The notes beneath the pieces were generated by a model. The model made no database searches, was not told where the DNA came from, and saw only the letters and a program-made list of their open reading frames with translations. The position numbers were made by a program, and so were the translations under genes. From Verrucomicrobiota bacterium (GTDB taxonomy: Bacteria; Verrucomicrobiota; Verrucomicrobiia; Limisphaerales; SXQI01): a stretch of DNA of 64,000 nucleotides. This document shows positions 1 to 9,805 of the stretch, piece after piece (the first letter of the stretch is position 1; each line of letters begins with the position of its first letter). The stretch spans positions 1 through 64,000 of the forward strand of contig JANRLX010000103.1 in NCBI GenBank assembly GCA_033762115.1, read 5' to 3'.

Positions 1-62
1 ACACATGTTGTCTCTGCGTATTCTAATCGCCGCATTATTGAACATTAAATCAGATTAATGCT

Positions 63-668
63 ATGACTCAGGATACCTCCCTCAACAACCTCGCTCCTGA
101 CCTCCTCCAGGAACTCAAACGCCACCACGCCCTCCGCGACCGTCTCCTTACCCATATCGAAAGACGTACCGAAGGCGATGCCCCCCTCTCTCCTGAAATC
201 ATGGCTGAATCTCTCAAAATGCTTCGCCTGCTCCTCAATCTCCACCTTCAGGTCAGGAAACAGGCCGCAGTCGAATGGCGTCTCCACCTCATCTCCGAAC
301 GGCAACAAATCCTCCTGCGCAAGGTCGAACTGGCCGAGCAAAAGCAGGACCTTGTCGAAAAACGATGGCTCGCCCGTCAAAGCAACAAAATAGAGAACAT
401 AAAAGGCACAGACACTCAGGAACCCCAACCGGTTCCGGCTCAGGCGGAAACCGAAACTGAGGAGAATTCCTCTGGAAAAGTCATTCCAGTCAACACAATT
501 TCAGAAAACAGCAATCTAGAACCTGTTCCCTCAGCCGAACCCCCTCCCTCCCCCTTCACCCCGGAAGAGTTCAGCGCCATAATGACTTCCAAATACAACC
601 TCGACCGACCTCACATCGAACATTGGTCCACCCGAGTTCATCCCCGCCCACCCGCCATGGTTGCATGA
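63..668 (+). CDS. hypothetical protein (helical/coiled-coil N-half, Pro/Ser-rich disordered C-half)
   Basis: 201-aa ATG-started ORF; no recognisable motif. Confidence 0.6.
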   Translation: MTQDTSLNNLAPDLLQELKRHHALRDRLLTHIERRTEGDAPLSPEIMAESLKMLRLLLNLHLQVRKQAAVEWRLHLISERQQILLRKVELAEQKQDLVEKRWLARQSNKIENIKGTDTQEPQPVPAQAETETEENSSGKVIPVNTISENSNLEPVPSAEPPPSPFTPEEFSAIMTSKYNLDRPHIEHWSTRVHPRPPAMVA

Positions 669-680
669 CCAGTCCAACAT

Positions 681-719
681 CCGTGATGAAGATTTAAAAA
701 AATAAAATCTTCATCACGG
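681..719. repeat. perfect 15-bp inverted repeat (hairpin; possible terminator or operator)
   Basis: CCGTGATGAAGATTT (681-695), 9-nt A-rich spacer, AAATCTTCATCACGG (705-719). Confidence 0.8.
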
Positions 720-867
720 TTCCACAGCAGAAGCTTCAGCCCAGGCAACCAGCTTGCATACACATGCAGGCTGACGAGCGGCCGTACTCACACTGCGGAC
801 AGCTCCTCCCGATTTTCTGCTTCTCTCCAGCCCCGGCTTGTTCCAAACTATCCCCTTATCCACCACT

Positions 868-1593
868 ATGGGTGCACAATGGAAACAGGCTGGCCGCGTC
901 GAAAATGCCCTTAAACGAGGGCAGTTGATCGGTAAAATTGTTAAGGAAATCCTCGTCGCCGCAAAAATGGGCGATCCCGATCCTGACCTGAACGCTCGCC
1001 TTCGTGCGGCAGTCGAGGCAGCCCGCAAAGCCTCCGTCCCGCGCGACACCATCGAACGCGCCATCAAAAAAGGTTCCGGCCAGACCGATGACCAGATTCA
1101 TTACGAAACGATTACCTATGAAGGCTTCGCCCCTGCCAAGGTGCCGGTCATCGTCGAATGCCTCACCGACAACAAAAATCGAACCGCTTCCGATATTCGT
1201 GTCCTGTTCAAGAAAGGGCACCTCGGCGCCATCGGCAGTGTCACCTGGATGTTTGATCGGCTCGGGGTCGTCGAAGCACATCACCCGGATAAAAAGCTGG
1301 ATATCGAAGCTGCCGCCATCGAGGCGGGCGCAGATAATGTCGAGCCGGTCACCAGCGGGGATGTTCCTGAAGGCCATGTTGCCGCCCGTTTCATTTGTGC
1401 CCCCACAAACCTGGATTCCGTTGCCAAATACCTCGCTGATCAGAAATGGATCATCACCACTTCAGAACTTAGTTACCTCGCCAAAAATTTCGTTGAGCTT
1501 GGCGAAACGGAAAAAAAAGAGGTCACCGATTTTCTGAACGCGATCGATGAGCACGACGATGTGCATCGCATTTACACCGCGCTGAAGTCGTAA
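868..1593 (+). CDS. yebC: YebC/PmpR family protein
   Basis: MGAQWK start, DPDLNARLR, IERAIKKG, YEGFAP, TDNKNRT, DDVHRIY motifs; ATG at 868. Confidence 0.93.
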   Translation: MGAQWKQAGRVENALKRGQLIGKIVKEILVAAKMGDPDPDLNARLRAAVEAARKASVPRDTIERAIKKGSGQTDDQIHYETITYEGFAPAKVPVIVECLTDNKNRTASDIRVLFKKGHLGAIGSVTWMFDRLGVVEAHHPDKKLDIEAAAIEAGADNVEPVTSGDVPEGHVAARFICAPTNLDSVAKYLADQKWIITTSELSYLAKNFVELGETEKKEVTDFLNAIDEHDDVHRIYTALKS

Positions 1594-1604
1594 TCAATTG
1601 TGAC

Positions 1605-2444
1605 CTACTGATTTGCCTCCTGTTCTTCATCGACAAAGCGGGGCGGTTTCATGCCGAGAAGTTCCCAATAGTTGATCGGCATGGGCAACGGCTTTTCGAA
1701 CAAATTGAAGTAGCGGACGATTGTGCCGGTCACTCCAGAAATTTCCATGGTGACAGGATTTGCGTTTCTATTCTCTCTTTCATACCAACGAATTTCCCAA
1801 AGGGGGACTTTGTAGGTTTGTTCTTCAATGGTAATTTCTTCTTGTTCTATGATTGGGCCCTTAAGATTGAAAGCCGCTGGAGAAAAGCCCACTGCGGCCA
1901 AAGCATTGGTCGCCATGGTGAGAACCTCCTGGTCAGACATCTGTTTGCCGGTGAGGGTCCATGAATAAGCCAGATTCCGTTTTTCAAGGATCGCCGCCTG
2001 GAACTCCGGTTCAGGCAGGTTCTGTTGGGGAATCAGGGCCCCACGATAGTAAACTGTGTCCGCAAAACGTTCAAACTTGCCCTGGTCGAAATTAAGGGCG
2101 TAACGCTCATAGAGCTTCAATCCAATAATGACCCCGTTGGTGCGAGGGTACGCTCCAAACCGGGTCACAGCATGTGTTGCAATCGGTTCCGGAATCAACA
2201 AATTCCAGGCCCGGTTTAGTTCGCTGGCCTTTTTCAAGGCGACCTCCAGTCCGTACTCCTGAAAAGCAATGGTGTTTGTGGGAACGTATTGCCCCAGCAC
2301 CCGAAAGTGCTTGTTCGTCGCGAATGGATGGACATTGGCCTTTAACGTGAACGGGCCCTTGTTTGTAACAACGGGGGCCTCTGCTCGAATGACCAATACA
2401 CCGAGATGCAGAAGCGTCATGATCAGGGCAGCGTGTCTTCCCAT
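1605..2444 (-). CDS. exported hypothetical protein, possible PepSY-like C-terminal region
   Basis: 279-aa ORF with signal-peptide-like N-terminus; overlaps the stop of the upstream gene. Confidence 0.6.
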   Translation of the reverse strand: MGRHAALIMTLLHLGVLVIRAEAPVVTNKGPFTLKANVHPFATNKHFRVLGQYVPTNTIAFQEYGLEVALKKASELNRAWNLLIPEPIATHAVTRFGAYPRTNGVIIGLKLYERYALNFDQGKFERFADTVYYRGALIPQQNLPEPEFQAAILEKRNLAYSWTLTGKQMSDQEVLTMATNALAAVGFSPAAFNLKGPIIEQEEITIEEQTYKVPLWEIRWYERENRNANPVTMEISGVTGTIVRYFNLFEKPLPMPINYWELLGMKPPRFVDEEQEANQ

Positions 2445-4312
2445 AACAAATCCCCTGAACCGTAAAGAACCAACTCATCTTGGAAAGAATATCCGCTTGG
2501 ATTTTGGTTTCTTTGGGTCATCGCGTAACGGATAGCTTCTCTGAGTGTGCGTTGCTCATTATTTCCGTCTGGATTTTGCCAGCCTTCCCAAAAGTAGGTC
2601 ATAAAATTCAGATGCTGGTTGTTCACCGAGTTCGCCACCCCTGCGGCGACCCAGCCTTTCCATCCAATAAAAGAACGTTGGCGCAATCCTTTTTGATTGA
2701 ATCGTTGGAAAGCCATGTTTTCTTCCCTCGGGATGCCAAAAGCTTTGCAAAGGCTGCCATTGGCGGTTTCACAACCATCAAGAAAGACAAAGCGGAACGG
2801 ATGTCCGTTCGTAAAACCTTTCATGGGGTCGAAATTGTTCTTCAATGTCTTGCTGATCTGGCTGGCGGTAATATACCCCGGGTCCGGCAGCCGAGGCGCC
2901 GGCTCTTTGTGACCAATGTAGGATGGGGCCCCATGACCGAAATAATAGAGGTTGCGCACCCTGTCCTCCCGTAAATCATCTGCCAGCAACGTATTAAACG
3001 GTCCCTGCCCTTTCATTTCAAAAGGATTTTGGTCGTCACCGCGAATGGCGGCAAGCCCGCCCGGCCTGGCCGCGGCAAAGGTATAAACCAGCTGGACCAT
3101 GGATTGAAGGGCCACCGCGCTGGGATTCCCCAGGAGTGTGCTGCCATAAATCGGTTGATAGCCAATGGCAAATTGAGTGTAAAAACCGGAAGGCCAGGGG
3201 GGTTCGATCCAAATTTTGTTGGTTGTTGTGTTTGAATTGCTGGCCTGCTGTGTCAACCCGGCGGGCGTTGTCGTAATCACCGCGTTGTAATAGGCGCTGG
3301 CATACTGTTCTCCTGTTGCAGGATCAAAATTTTCCAGGACCAGCCCTGGCCCGAATTCATCGCCCAAAAACCCTGCTGAATCCAATAGACCGGAAGTCTC
3401 GTAAACAAGAAATCCGGTATCATCGTAAAGCTTGAGGTTGTAATTGCCATTCGTGTGAATGCTGCGGGCCTGAATGTCGATCAGGAAACCAGCGACATTG
3501 TACGGTTCAGGAAAGCTGATTTGATTAAAAACAGACACTGTCAGCACCTCACTGAATTCTTTGTGAACACCATCCTCTCCAAAGAACGCGGTGATTCTCA
3601 GTTTGTAAGTCCCATTGGTGACAAAGGCGGTTTCCCAGCGGGCGGTAAAATCTTCCAGTGAATAGGTCAGGCCCTGAACAGGGCTGCCGTTGGTCAGAGT
3701 AATATCGAAACCAGCCAATGGAAGCTCAAGGTTGTGGCCGATCTCAACCCCAAAATTGACCGCTCCACTGATGGAGCTTCCGGGGGCGATGCCAACAAAA
3801 TGAACACCATTGGCGACGACACGGTAGAAGCCAGTTGCCCCAATCACCTCAAGGGTTGAATTTTGTGCTGTCACACTGGCGAACGGGTTTTCTGAAGTCG
3901 GCGCCCAGGTGCCTGGATCACCAGGCCAGGGAGGAAGGATGTCATCGTTTTTCTTTTCCTTTTTCGTTTTAGGGGCCTCAGGACTTGTCATTGCGGCTGA
4001 AGGTTGGGGCGCAGGCCCCCCGCCACTGGAACCACCACCCGACCCGGCAGGATACCGCACAATATTCGTGTGAACATACGTCGTGCGGTTGGAAACAGTG
4101 GAAGCAGGGAAACTCACCGCAAGGTTTGTCCAGGTCGAACCCAATGCGGGTGCATACTGCACGATGTAGGTTTTGTTGGGTTGACGCGGCCAACTCAAAA
4201 CTGCGTTCGTCTGCTTAACGGCCACACGCAAATCCAAAACCGCCCATAAAGATGTTGAATGTGAGTGGAGCGCAACCACCAGGATAAAGAGCAGCCTCTT
4301 GAATGTGTTCAT
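2423..4312 (-). CDS. secreted protein with putative clan CD-like cysteine peptidase C-terminal domain
   Basis: signal peptide, Gly/Pro linker, beta-rich region, then YYFGHG and FVFLDGC motifs. Confidence 0.65.
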   Translation of the reverse strand: MNTFKRLLFILVVALHSHSTSLWAVLDLRVAVKQTNAVLSWPRQPNKTYIVQYAPALGSTWTNLAVSFPASTVSNRTTYVHTNIVRYPAGSGGGSSGGGPAPQPSAAMTSPEAPKTKKEKKNDDILPPWPGDPGTWAPTSENPFASVTAQNSTLEVIGATGFYRVVANGVHFVGIAPGSSISGAVNFGVEIGHNLELPLAGFDITLTNGSPVQGLTYSLEDFTARWETAFVTNGTYKLRITAFFGEDGVHKEFSEVLTVSVFNQISFPEPYNVAGFLIDIQARSIHTNGNYNLKLYDDTGFLVYETSGLLDSAGFLGDEFGPGLVLENFDPATGEQYASAYYNAVITTTPAGLTQQASNSNTTTNKIWIEPPWPSGFYTQFAIGYQPIYGSTLLGNPSAVALQSMVQLVYTFAAARPGGLAAIRGDDQNPFEMKGQGPFNTLLADDLREDRVRNLYYFGHGAPSYIGHKEPAPRLPDPGYITASQISKTLKNNFDPMKGFTNGHPFRFVFLDGCETANGSLCKAFGIPREENMAFQRFNQKGLRQRSFIGWKGWVAAGVANSVNNQHLNFMTYFWEGWQNPDGNNEQRTLREAIRYAMTQRNQNPSGYSFQDELVLYGSGDLLWEDTLP

Positions 4313-4368
4313 TTTGCCTTTCTTATCAGACTAATGCCTGTAAGGGGCATGTATAATTATAAGGATGA

Positions 4369-5463
4369 TTATTGCAAGTCCTTTATAACAGGGAAAATTT
4401 TGGGCAGGCTAAGATCCATCCGGAGATGCAGGATGTCTCCCAATGCAGGCGCCTGAAACGATGGCACCCGCACCAGCAGATCAATCTCACCACATTTTAC
4501 CCTCAATTCTGTTTCAGGCCCCAAAAAACTCCGTTTTACGATTTCTCCGCTGAGGTGCCCTTCATTTTGGCCCACCGGCGTTAACTCATGCGGGCGGAGC
4601 AGCAAAATGCCTTCCTTGATGGCGTGCGTTTTTTCCACAGCCTGAATTGGCAATGTGATTGGCTGTGTTAAAATCGGGGAGGTGATCCGCTGTGTCGAGT
4701 CCATGACGATCAATGTCACAGGAATTTCATTGGTTCCATCAGCTGATAGAAATCGCGCCGCAAACAAGCTGGACGGCTCCAAATAGATTTTCTTCGGGGT
4801 GCCAAACTCTCGCAACATTCCCCCTTGCAGCAGCAAAACCCGGTCGGCAAAAGCCAGCCCCTCTCCAATGTCATGCGTCACGAAGAAAGTGGTGATGCCG
4901 AAAGTTTCCTGCACCTTTGAAAACTGTTCCCGGATATTCCGGCGAAGTTCCGGGTCCAGGCTGTTGAACGGTTCATCCAGCAGAAGCAGCCCCGGCTCCC
5001 GCACAAACGCACGCGCCAGCGCCACTCGCTGCTGCTCCCCACCGCTCAACTGGTCCGGCCGCTTTTCCAGCAATCCTCCCAGCCCGAACGCTTCCGCGGT
5101 TTCCCTCACCTTTCTGCTGATCTGTTCCGGCCCCACCTTCTTCAGTTTCAATGCAAAACCAATATTCTCCCCCGCTGTCATGTGCGGATAGAGAGCGGGA
5201 TTTTGCGCGATCATCGCAACGTTCCTCCCTTCAGGTGGAACCGCCGCAAAATCGTTGCCCCCCTTTAAAATCCTCCCGCTGGAAACTGTTTCGAATCCGG
5301 CGATCAGCCGAAGCAGCGTGGTCTTTCCCGCGCCGGAGGGACCCAGGATCGCCAGCCGTTCGCCCGGTGGCACCTGGAATGTCAGGTTGCGCAACGCCCA
5401 AACGGCATCCTTCGCGGTGGCAAACTTTTTTCCGACCGCCTCGAATGCGATTGAATCGCTCAC
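4369..5463 (-). CDS. ABC transporter ATP-binding protein (MalK/PotA-like, C-terminal TOBE-like region)
   Basis: Walker A GPSGAGKT, signature LSGGEQQ, Walker B LLLLDEP, H-loop VTHD. Confidence 0.92.
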   Translation of the reverse strand: MSDSIAFEAVGKKFATAKDAVWALRNLTFQVPPGERLAILGPSGAGKTTLLRLIAGFETVSSGRILKGGNDFAAVPPEGRNVAMIAQNPALYPHMTAGENIGFALKLKKVGPEQISRKVRETAEAFGLGGLLEKRPDQLSGGEQQRVALARAFVREPGLLLLDEPFNSLDPELRRNIREQFSKVQETFGITTFFVTHDIGEGLAFADRVLLLQGGMLREFGTPKKIYLEPSSLFAARFLSADGTNEIPVTLIVMDSTQRITSPILTQPITLPIQAVEKTHAIKEGILLLRPHELTPVGQNEGHLSGEIVKRSFLGPETELRVKCGEIDLLVRVPSFQAPALGDILHLRMDLSLPKIFPVIKDLQ

Positions 5464-6164
5464 AACGTCTGCACGATTTCTTCAGCCACACGGCGTGGAT
5501 CAGCTGCCGCGCAGATCGGACGCCCGATCACAAGCCAGTTGCTTCCCGCCTCCAATGCTTCTCGTGGAGTCAGCGTTCGCTTTTGATCACCCATCGCTGA
5601 ACCGGCGGGGCGAATCCCCGGAGTGACCAGCTGGAATGTGGGTGGAAGAAATCCCCGCAATACCGGGACTTCCTTCGGCGAACAGACCAAACCGTTCATG
5701 CCCGACTGGACCGCCAGCCGCGCCAGCCGCGCGACCTGTTCCACAGCATTCGGTTCAAGCCCCACCTCGCCCAGTTCAGCATCGCTCAGGCTCGTCAGGA
5801 CAGTGACACCGAGCAGCAACGGCTCAGGGCGATTGAACTTTGCCGCGGACGTTCGCGCCGCTTCCAGCGCCGCTTTCATCATCGCGCTCCCTCCTCCAGC
5901 GTGGATCGTCAGCATCGAGACATCCAGTTGAACTGCCGAACTGACCGCCTGCGCCACGGTGTTTGGAATGTCATGAAACTTCAGGTCAAGAAACACCGGG
6001 ACACCCAGGGCGCGCACCTGGCGGACGATTTCAGGACCCGCAATCGTGAACAGTTCACTGCCGATTTTCAAAGCCCCCACCGTTCCAGCCAATGCCCGGG
6101 CAAGTTCCAGCGCCCTTGAACTCTCCTGCACATCCAGTGCGACAATGATCGGGTTTCGCTTCAT
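5460..6164 (-). CDS. pyrF: orotidine-5'-phosphate decarboxylase
   Basis: IIVALD, FLDLKFHDIPNT, VTVLTS, TPGIRP, VIGRPI motifs. Confidence 0.97.
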   Translation of the reverse strand: MKRNPIIVALDVQESSRALELARALAGTVGALKIGSELFTIAGPEIVRQVRALGVPVFLDLKFHDIPNTVAQAVSSAVQLDVSMLTIHAGGGSAMMKAALEAARTSAAKFNRPEPLLLGVTVLTSLSDAELGEVGLEPNAVEQVARLARLAVQSGMNGLVCSPKEVPVLRGFLPPTFQLVTPGIRPAGSAMGDQKRTLTPREALEAGSNWLVIGRPICAAADPRRVAEEIVQTL

Positions 6165-7018
6165 CAGGCAATAAATCGTGGGGAATAAACAGGGCGGTTT
6201 CCATGTTTTTCAAGCAGTTTCATGAACAGGGCCAGTCCCCGTTTCTCATCGCTTCCCAAATGATAATGAATGTGCCACCCGAGATAATCCGTGCGAAATT
6301 CCAGGTCGAATGCCGTTTCGCTGGCGATGATATGGTCCAGTGTGTCCAGGCCGAAGTCACGCGCTTCCTTGAGCTGCCGCCGCAAATCGTTGTTTTCAAT
6401 TCCCCGTTGCAAAGCCCACACCGCGTAAAGAAATGGAAGTTTGGTCAGCTCAAACCAGGCGGAGCCAAGGTCCCAGATCTGATGCGAATGCGGCGTGCGC
6501 AGGAATTCTATGGCAGGGTTGCCAATCAGCAGCACCGCCTCCTTTTGCACCGCTTCATCGTAACTGCCCAACGGCTCGAACCGTGGCGAAAGACCCCGTT
6601 CCGCGAGCAGGACCCGCAACAGGTTCACGCTGGTCAGTGAAGCCGTGTCGCAATGGATGACTTCCAGTTTTTCAAGCGGTCCCTGGTGCGCGAGAAAAAC
6701 ACTGACCACCTCTCCCAGCGCGGCAATCGCAACGCCGTCCAGGACATCATACTGATCATGGAATAGAACCTCGGTCACGCTGACCAGCGCAGCGTCCAGC
6801 TCTTTGCGGGCCAGCCGCTCGGCCAGTTGGGAGGGGGGCAGGAAAAGAACCTGTTCCTCCAGTCCCCGTGTCAGCGGGACTGCATTCAGGTACGGAACGG
6901 AACCGATCCGGAACCGCCCCGAAGTTTCGTTCAACCGTTCCTCCCGCTGCAACTCCGCGGCCCGCTTTTCACGTTCAAACCGGCGCGCCAGTTCCTCCGG
7001 CGATTCGAGCGGCGCCAT
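6164..7018 (-). CDS. mqnA: chorismate dehydratase (futalosine pathway)
   Basis: RIGSVPYLNAVPL, SLTSVNL, LLIGN, DLGSAW..LTKLPF motifs; mqn context; start at ATG 7018 or GTG 7051. Confidence 0.88.
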   Translation of the reverse strand: MAPLESPEELARRFEREKRAAELQREERLNETSGRFRIGSVPYLNAVPLTRGLEEQVLFLPPSQLAERLARKELDAALVSVTEVLFHDQYDVLDGVAIAALGEVVSVFLAHQGPLEKLEVIHCDTASLTSVNLLRVLLAERGLSPRFEPLGSYDEAVQKEAVLLIGNPAIEFLRTPHSHQIWDLGSAWFELTKLPFLYAVWALQRGIENNDLRRQLKEARDFGLDTLDHIIASETAFDLEFRTDYLGWHIHYHLGSDEKRGLALFMKLLEKHGNRPVYSPRFIA

Positions 7019-7053
7019 CCGGAGGCGGGAACTATGTTGCCCATTTTCCACAA

Positions 7054-8220
7054 TTACCCGGTGACAAGATTCTGTTTCAGCAATGAGGAGACGGAAGACC
7101 CTGGCTCCGCTCCCGTCACCGGTTCCTTGCCCCACTCCTTGAGCGGCTCATAAAAAGTGTTTCGCTGGACCGGCAGGAGCCCGGTTTCACGGATCGCCTT
7201 GACCATGTCCGCTTCGGTTTGCAATTGAGGAGAGGTCGCCCCGGCCATGTGGAAGATTTTTTCCTCGATGATCGTGCCATGCAGGTCATCCGCCCCGTAA
7301 CTTAACGCCACCTGCGCAAGTTTCATCCCCAGGCCAACCCAGTACGCTGTGACATGCGGGAAATTATCCAGAAAAATCCGGCTCACCGAGATCGTCCGGA
7401 GCGAATCGAAGCCGGTGGGTGAAGCCTGCACTGGGATGCCATTGTTTTCCGGCTGATACGGCAGCGGCACAAACGCCACGAACCCGCCGGTCTGGTCCTG
7501 CAACTCGCGCAATCGGCGCAAATGATCCACCCGGTCCGCAAGCGATTCGACATGACCATACAGCATGGTGCAGGTGCTGCGCTGGCCGAGTTGATGCCAG
7601 GCGCGATGGACCTGGAGATATTCCTCGGCCGATTCCTTTCCCTTCGCAATCGCCGAGCGGACCGTTGGCTGAAAAATTTCCGCCCCGCCCCCGGTCAATG
7701 AATCCAGCCCCGCCCCGCGCAACTCGAGCAACGTTTCCTCAAGGGTTTTTCGCGCCAGCCAGGCGAGATGCAAAATCTCGATTGCGGTAAAGCATTTCAA
7801 TTGCAGGCGCGGGTCCAGTTGTTTCAACGCCTGAAGCATTTCAACATAGTAACTGAATGGAAGCGAGGGATGAAGACCGCCGACGATGTGCAATTCCGTG
7901 ATTCCCAAAGCGAGCGCTTCTCGCGCTTTCTGAACGATCTCGGCAATGCTGAGCTGAAATCCATCCGCATCCCGTTTCTTGCGGGAAAAGGCGCAGAACT
8001 GGCAGCTCAGGATGCAGTAGTTGGAATAGTTGATGTAGCGGTTGATGATGTAACTGGCGCGGTTGCCCACTTTTCGTTGCCGGACGAAATCGGCAATGGT
8101 CCCGAGGGCATTGATGTCGCGGCTTTCAAACAGGCGGAGGGCCTCCGCTTCGGTGATTCGTTCACCGGCGCGGACTTTGTCGTAAAGATCGAGCAGACCG
8201 CTCTGCTTCAAGGCATACAT
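7054..8220 (-). CDS. mqnE: aminofutalosine synthase, radical SAM (CofH/MqnE family)
   Basis: CILSCQFC (CxxxCxxC), ELHIVGGLHP, GGGAEIF, GTIIEEKIFHMAGA. Confidence 0.88.
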   Translation of the reverse strand: MYALKQSGLLDLYDKVRAGERITEAEALRLFESRDINALGTIADFVRQRKVGNRASYIINRYINYSNYCILSCQFCAFSRKKRDADGFQLSIAEIVQKAREALALGITELHIVGGLHPSLPFSYYVEMLQALKQLDPRLQLKCFTAIEILHLAWLARKTLEETLLELRGAGLDSLTGGGAEIFQPTVRSAIAKGKESAEEYLQVHRAWHQLGQRSTCTMLYGHVESLADRVDHLRRLRELQDQTGGFVAFVPLPYQPENNGIPVQASPTGFDSLRTISVSRIFLDNFPHVTAYWVGLGMKLAQVALSYGADDLHGTIIEEKIFHMAGATSPQLQTEADMVKAIRETGLLPVQRNTFYEPLKEWGKEPVTGAEPGSSVSSLLKQNLVTG

Positions 8221-9119
8221 CATAGCTTCAGGCGAAAGCCGGGAAAAACCACGGAAACCAGGGTCGCCACCAAAAACACGATGCTGACCAGGGCGTTGAG
8301 GCGAAAGAAGGCCACGTTAATCCATTTCAGGCTTCGTCTCCGGGCCAGCCAATGTTCCAGTATCAGGCTCACCAAAATGATCAGCAATGCCACAAAGTAT
8401 GGCACTCGAAACCGACAAATCAACCCAAAGACCGCCAGGAGCAGCCACATCACGACATGCATCAAAAATGCGAACTGGAGCGCATTTTTGGGCCCCCAGC
8501 GCACCACCAGCGAATGCAACCCATGCGTGCGGTCAAATTCATAATCCTGCAGCGCGTAAATCACATCAAACCCGATCAGCCAGCAGACCACGATCACGGC
8601 CAGCAGCAGCGGAATGAAATGGAAACTGCCGCGCACCGCCAGCCAGGCCCCGATGGGAGCCAGCGCCAGCGCCACGCCAAGGTAGACATGGGTGAAATCG
8701 GTGAACCGTTTGGTCAGTGAATAAAAGCAGACGATGAACAGCGCCACCGGGCTGAGGTAAAAACAAAGTCGATTGAGGTAATAGCTTGCCACCACCAGTC
8801 CCGCCCCGCTGAGGGCCCAGAGGAACCAGGCGCTGGCGAGGGAAATCTGCCCGGTGGGCAGGTGACGACCGGCGGTGCGGGGGTTGGCAGCGTCAAATTT
8901 TCGATCTACAATCCGGTTGAACGCCATCGCGCAGGTGCGGGCCGAAACCATCGCGGCAAGGATCAGCAGAAAAACGCGAAACCCCGGCCATCCATTGTTC
9001 TCCCGCGCGGCAACCGCCATGGAGGCGAGGGCGAACGGGAGCGCAAAAACCGTGTGGGAAAGTTTCACAAACTCCCCCCATTTCCGAATTTGCCGGATCG
9101 ATTCGACCGCTGGATTCAC
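8220..9119 (-). CDS. mqnP: UbiA-family prenyltransferase (MqnP-like)
   Basis: HTVFALPFA, FNRIVDRKFDAANPRT, GFDVIYALQD; multiple TM helices; GTG at 9119 overlaps the ubiX stop. Confidence 0.87.
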   Translation of the reverse strand: MNPAVESIRQIRKWGEFVKLSHTVFALPFALASMAVAARENNGWPGFRVFLLILAAMVSARTCAMAFNRIVDRKFDAANPRTAGRHLPTGQISLASAWFLWALSGAGLVVASYYLNRLCFYLSPVALFIVCFYSLTKRFTDFTHVYLGVALALAPIGAWLAVRGSFHFIPLLLAVIVVCWLIGFDVIYALQDYEFDRTHGLHSLVVRWGPKNALQFAFLMHVVMWLLLAVFGLICRFRVPYFVALLIILVSLILEHWLARRRSLKWINVAFFRLNALVSIVFLVATLVSVVFPGFRLKL

Positions 9120-9676
9120 TAATCCTGCTCCTCCTGCCATCGTGGGGAGACATTGTTGGGCAACCCGAGATGATCGAGAATGCGGCTCACCACAGTATCG
9201 ATCACTTCCTCGATGGTTTTGGGGACAAAATAGAAATGCGGGTTGGCGGGAAGAAGGACTGCGCCCGCGAGCAGGAGCAATTCCATGTTGCGAACATGCA
9301 CCAGGCTGAGCGGCGTTTCGCGCGGCACGAGGATCAACTTTCGTTTCTCCTTGAGCATCACATCGGCAGTTCGCAGCAGCACATCCTCGCTGAACCCGTG
9401 GGCGACGCGCCCCATGGTCCCCATGGTGCAGGGCACAATGACCATCGCATCGGCGGCGTTGGAACCGCTGGCGAATGGGGCGTTCATGCTTTTGATATTG
9501 TGCAGCTGGGCGTTTGGGGGGATCTGGATCGGGCCGCCCAGTTCCTGCTGCACGACCGAATGGGCATAATTGCTGAGGAGGACATGCACCTGATGCTCTC
9601 CCTGGGCGAGGTTATTGAGCAATCGCTGGGCGTACAACGCCCCGCTTGCTCCTGTGATACCAACAACAATCTGCAT
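9119..9676 (-). CDS. ubiX: flavin prenyltransferase UbiX
   Basis: VGITGASG, APFASGS, PCTMGT, LKEKRKLILVPRETP. Confidence 0.95.
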   Translation of the reverse strand: MQIVVGITGASGALYAQRLLNNLAQGEHQVHVLLSNYAHSVVQQELGGPIQIPPNAQLHNIKSMNAPFASGSNAADAMVIVPCTMGTMGRVAHGFSEDVLLRTADVMLKEKRKLILVPRETPLSLVHVRNMELLLLAGAVLLPANPHFYFVPKTIEEVIDTVVSRILDHLGLPNNVSPRWQEEQD

Positions 9677-9805
9677 GGAACGGGAGTCATCGCATAAACT
9701 CCGCTCCCTCACAAGCGCCGCGAGTCAGCATGAGTTAGGACACGACCTGTTGATTGAGTGGATTGACTGGCGGGGAGGGGGCGGTATAAAGGCCGGGATT
9801 CGAGT

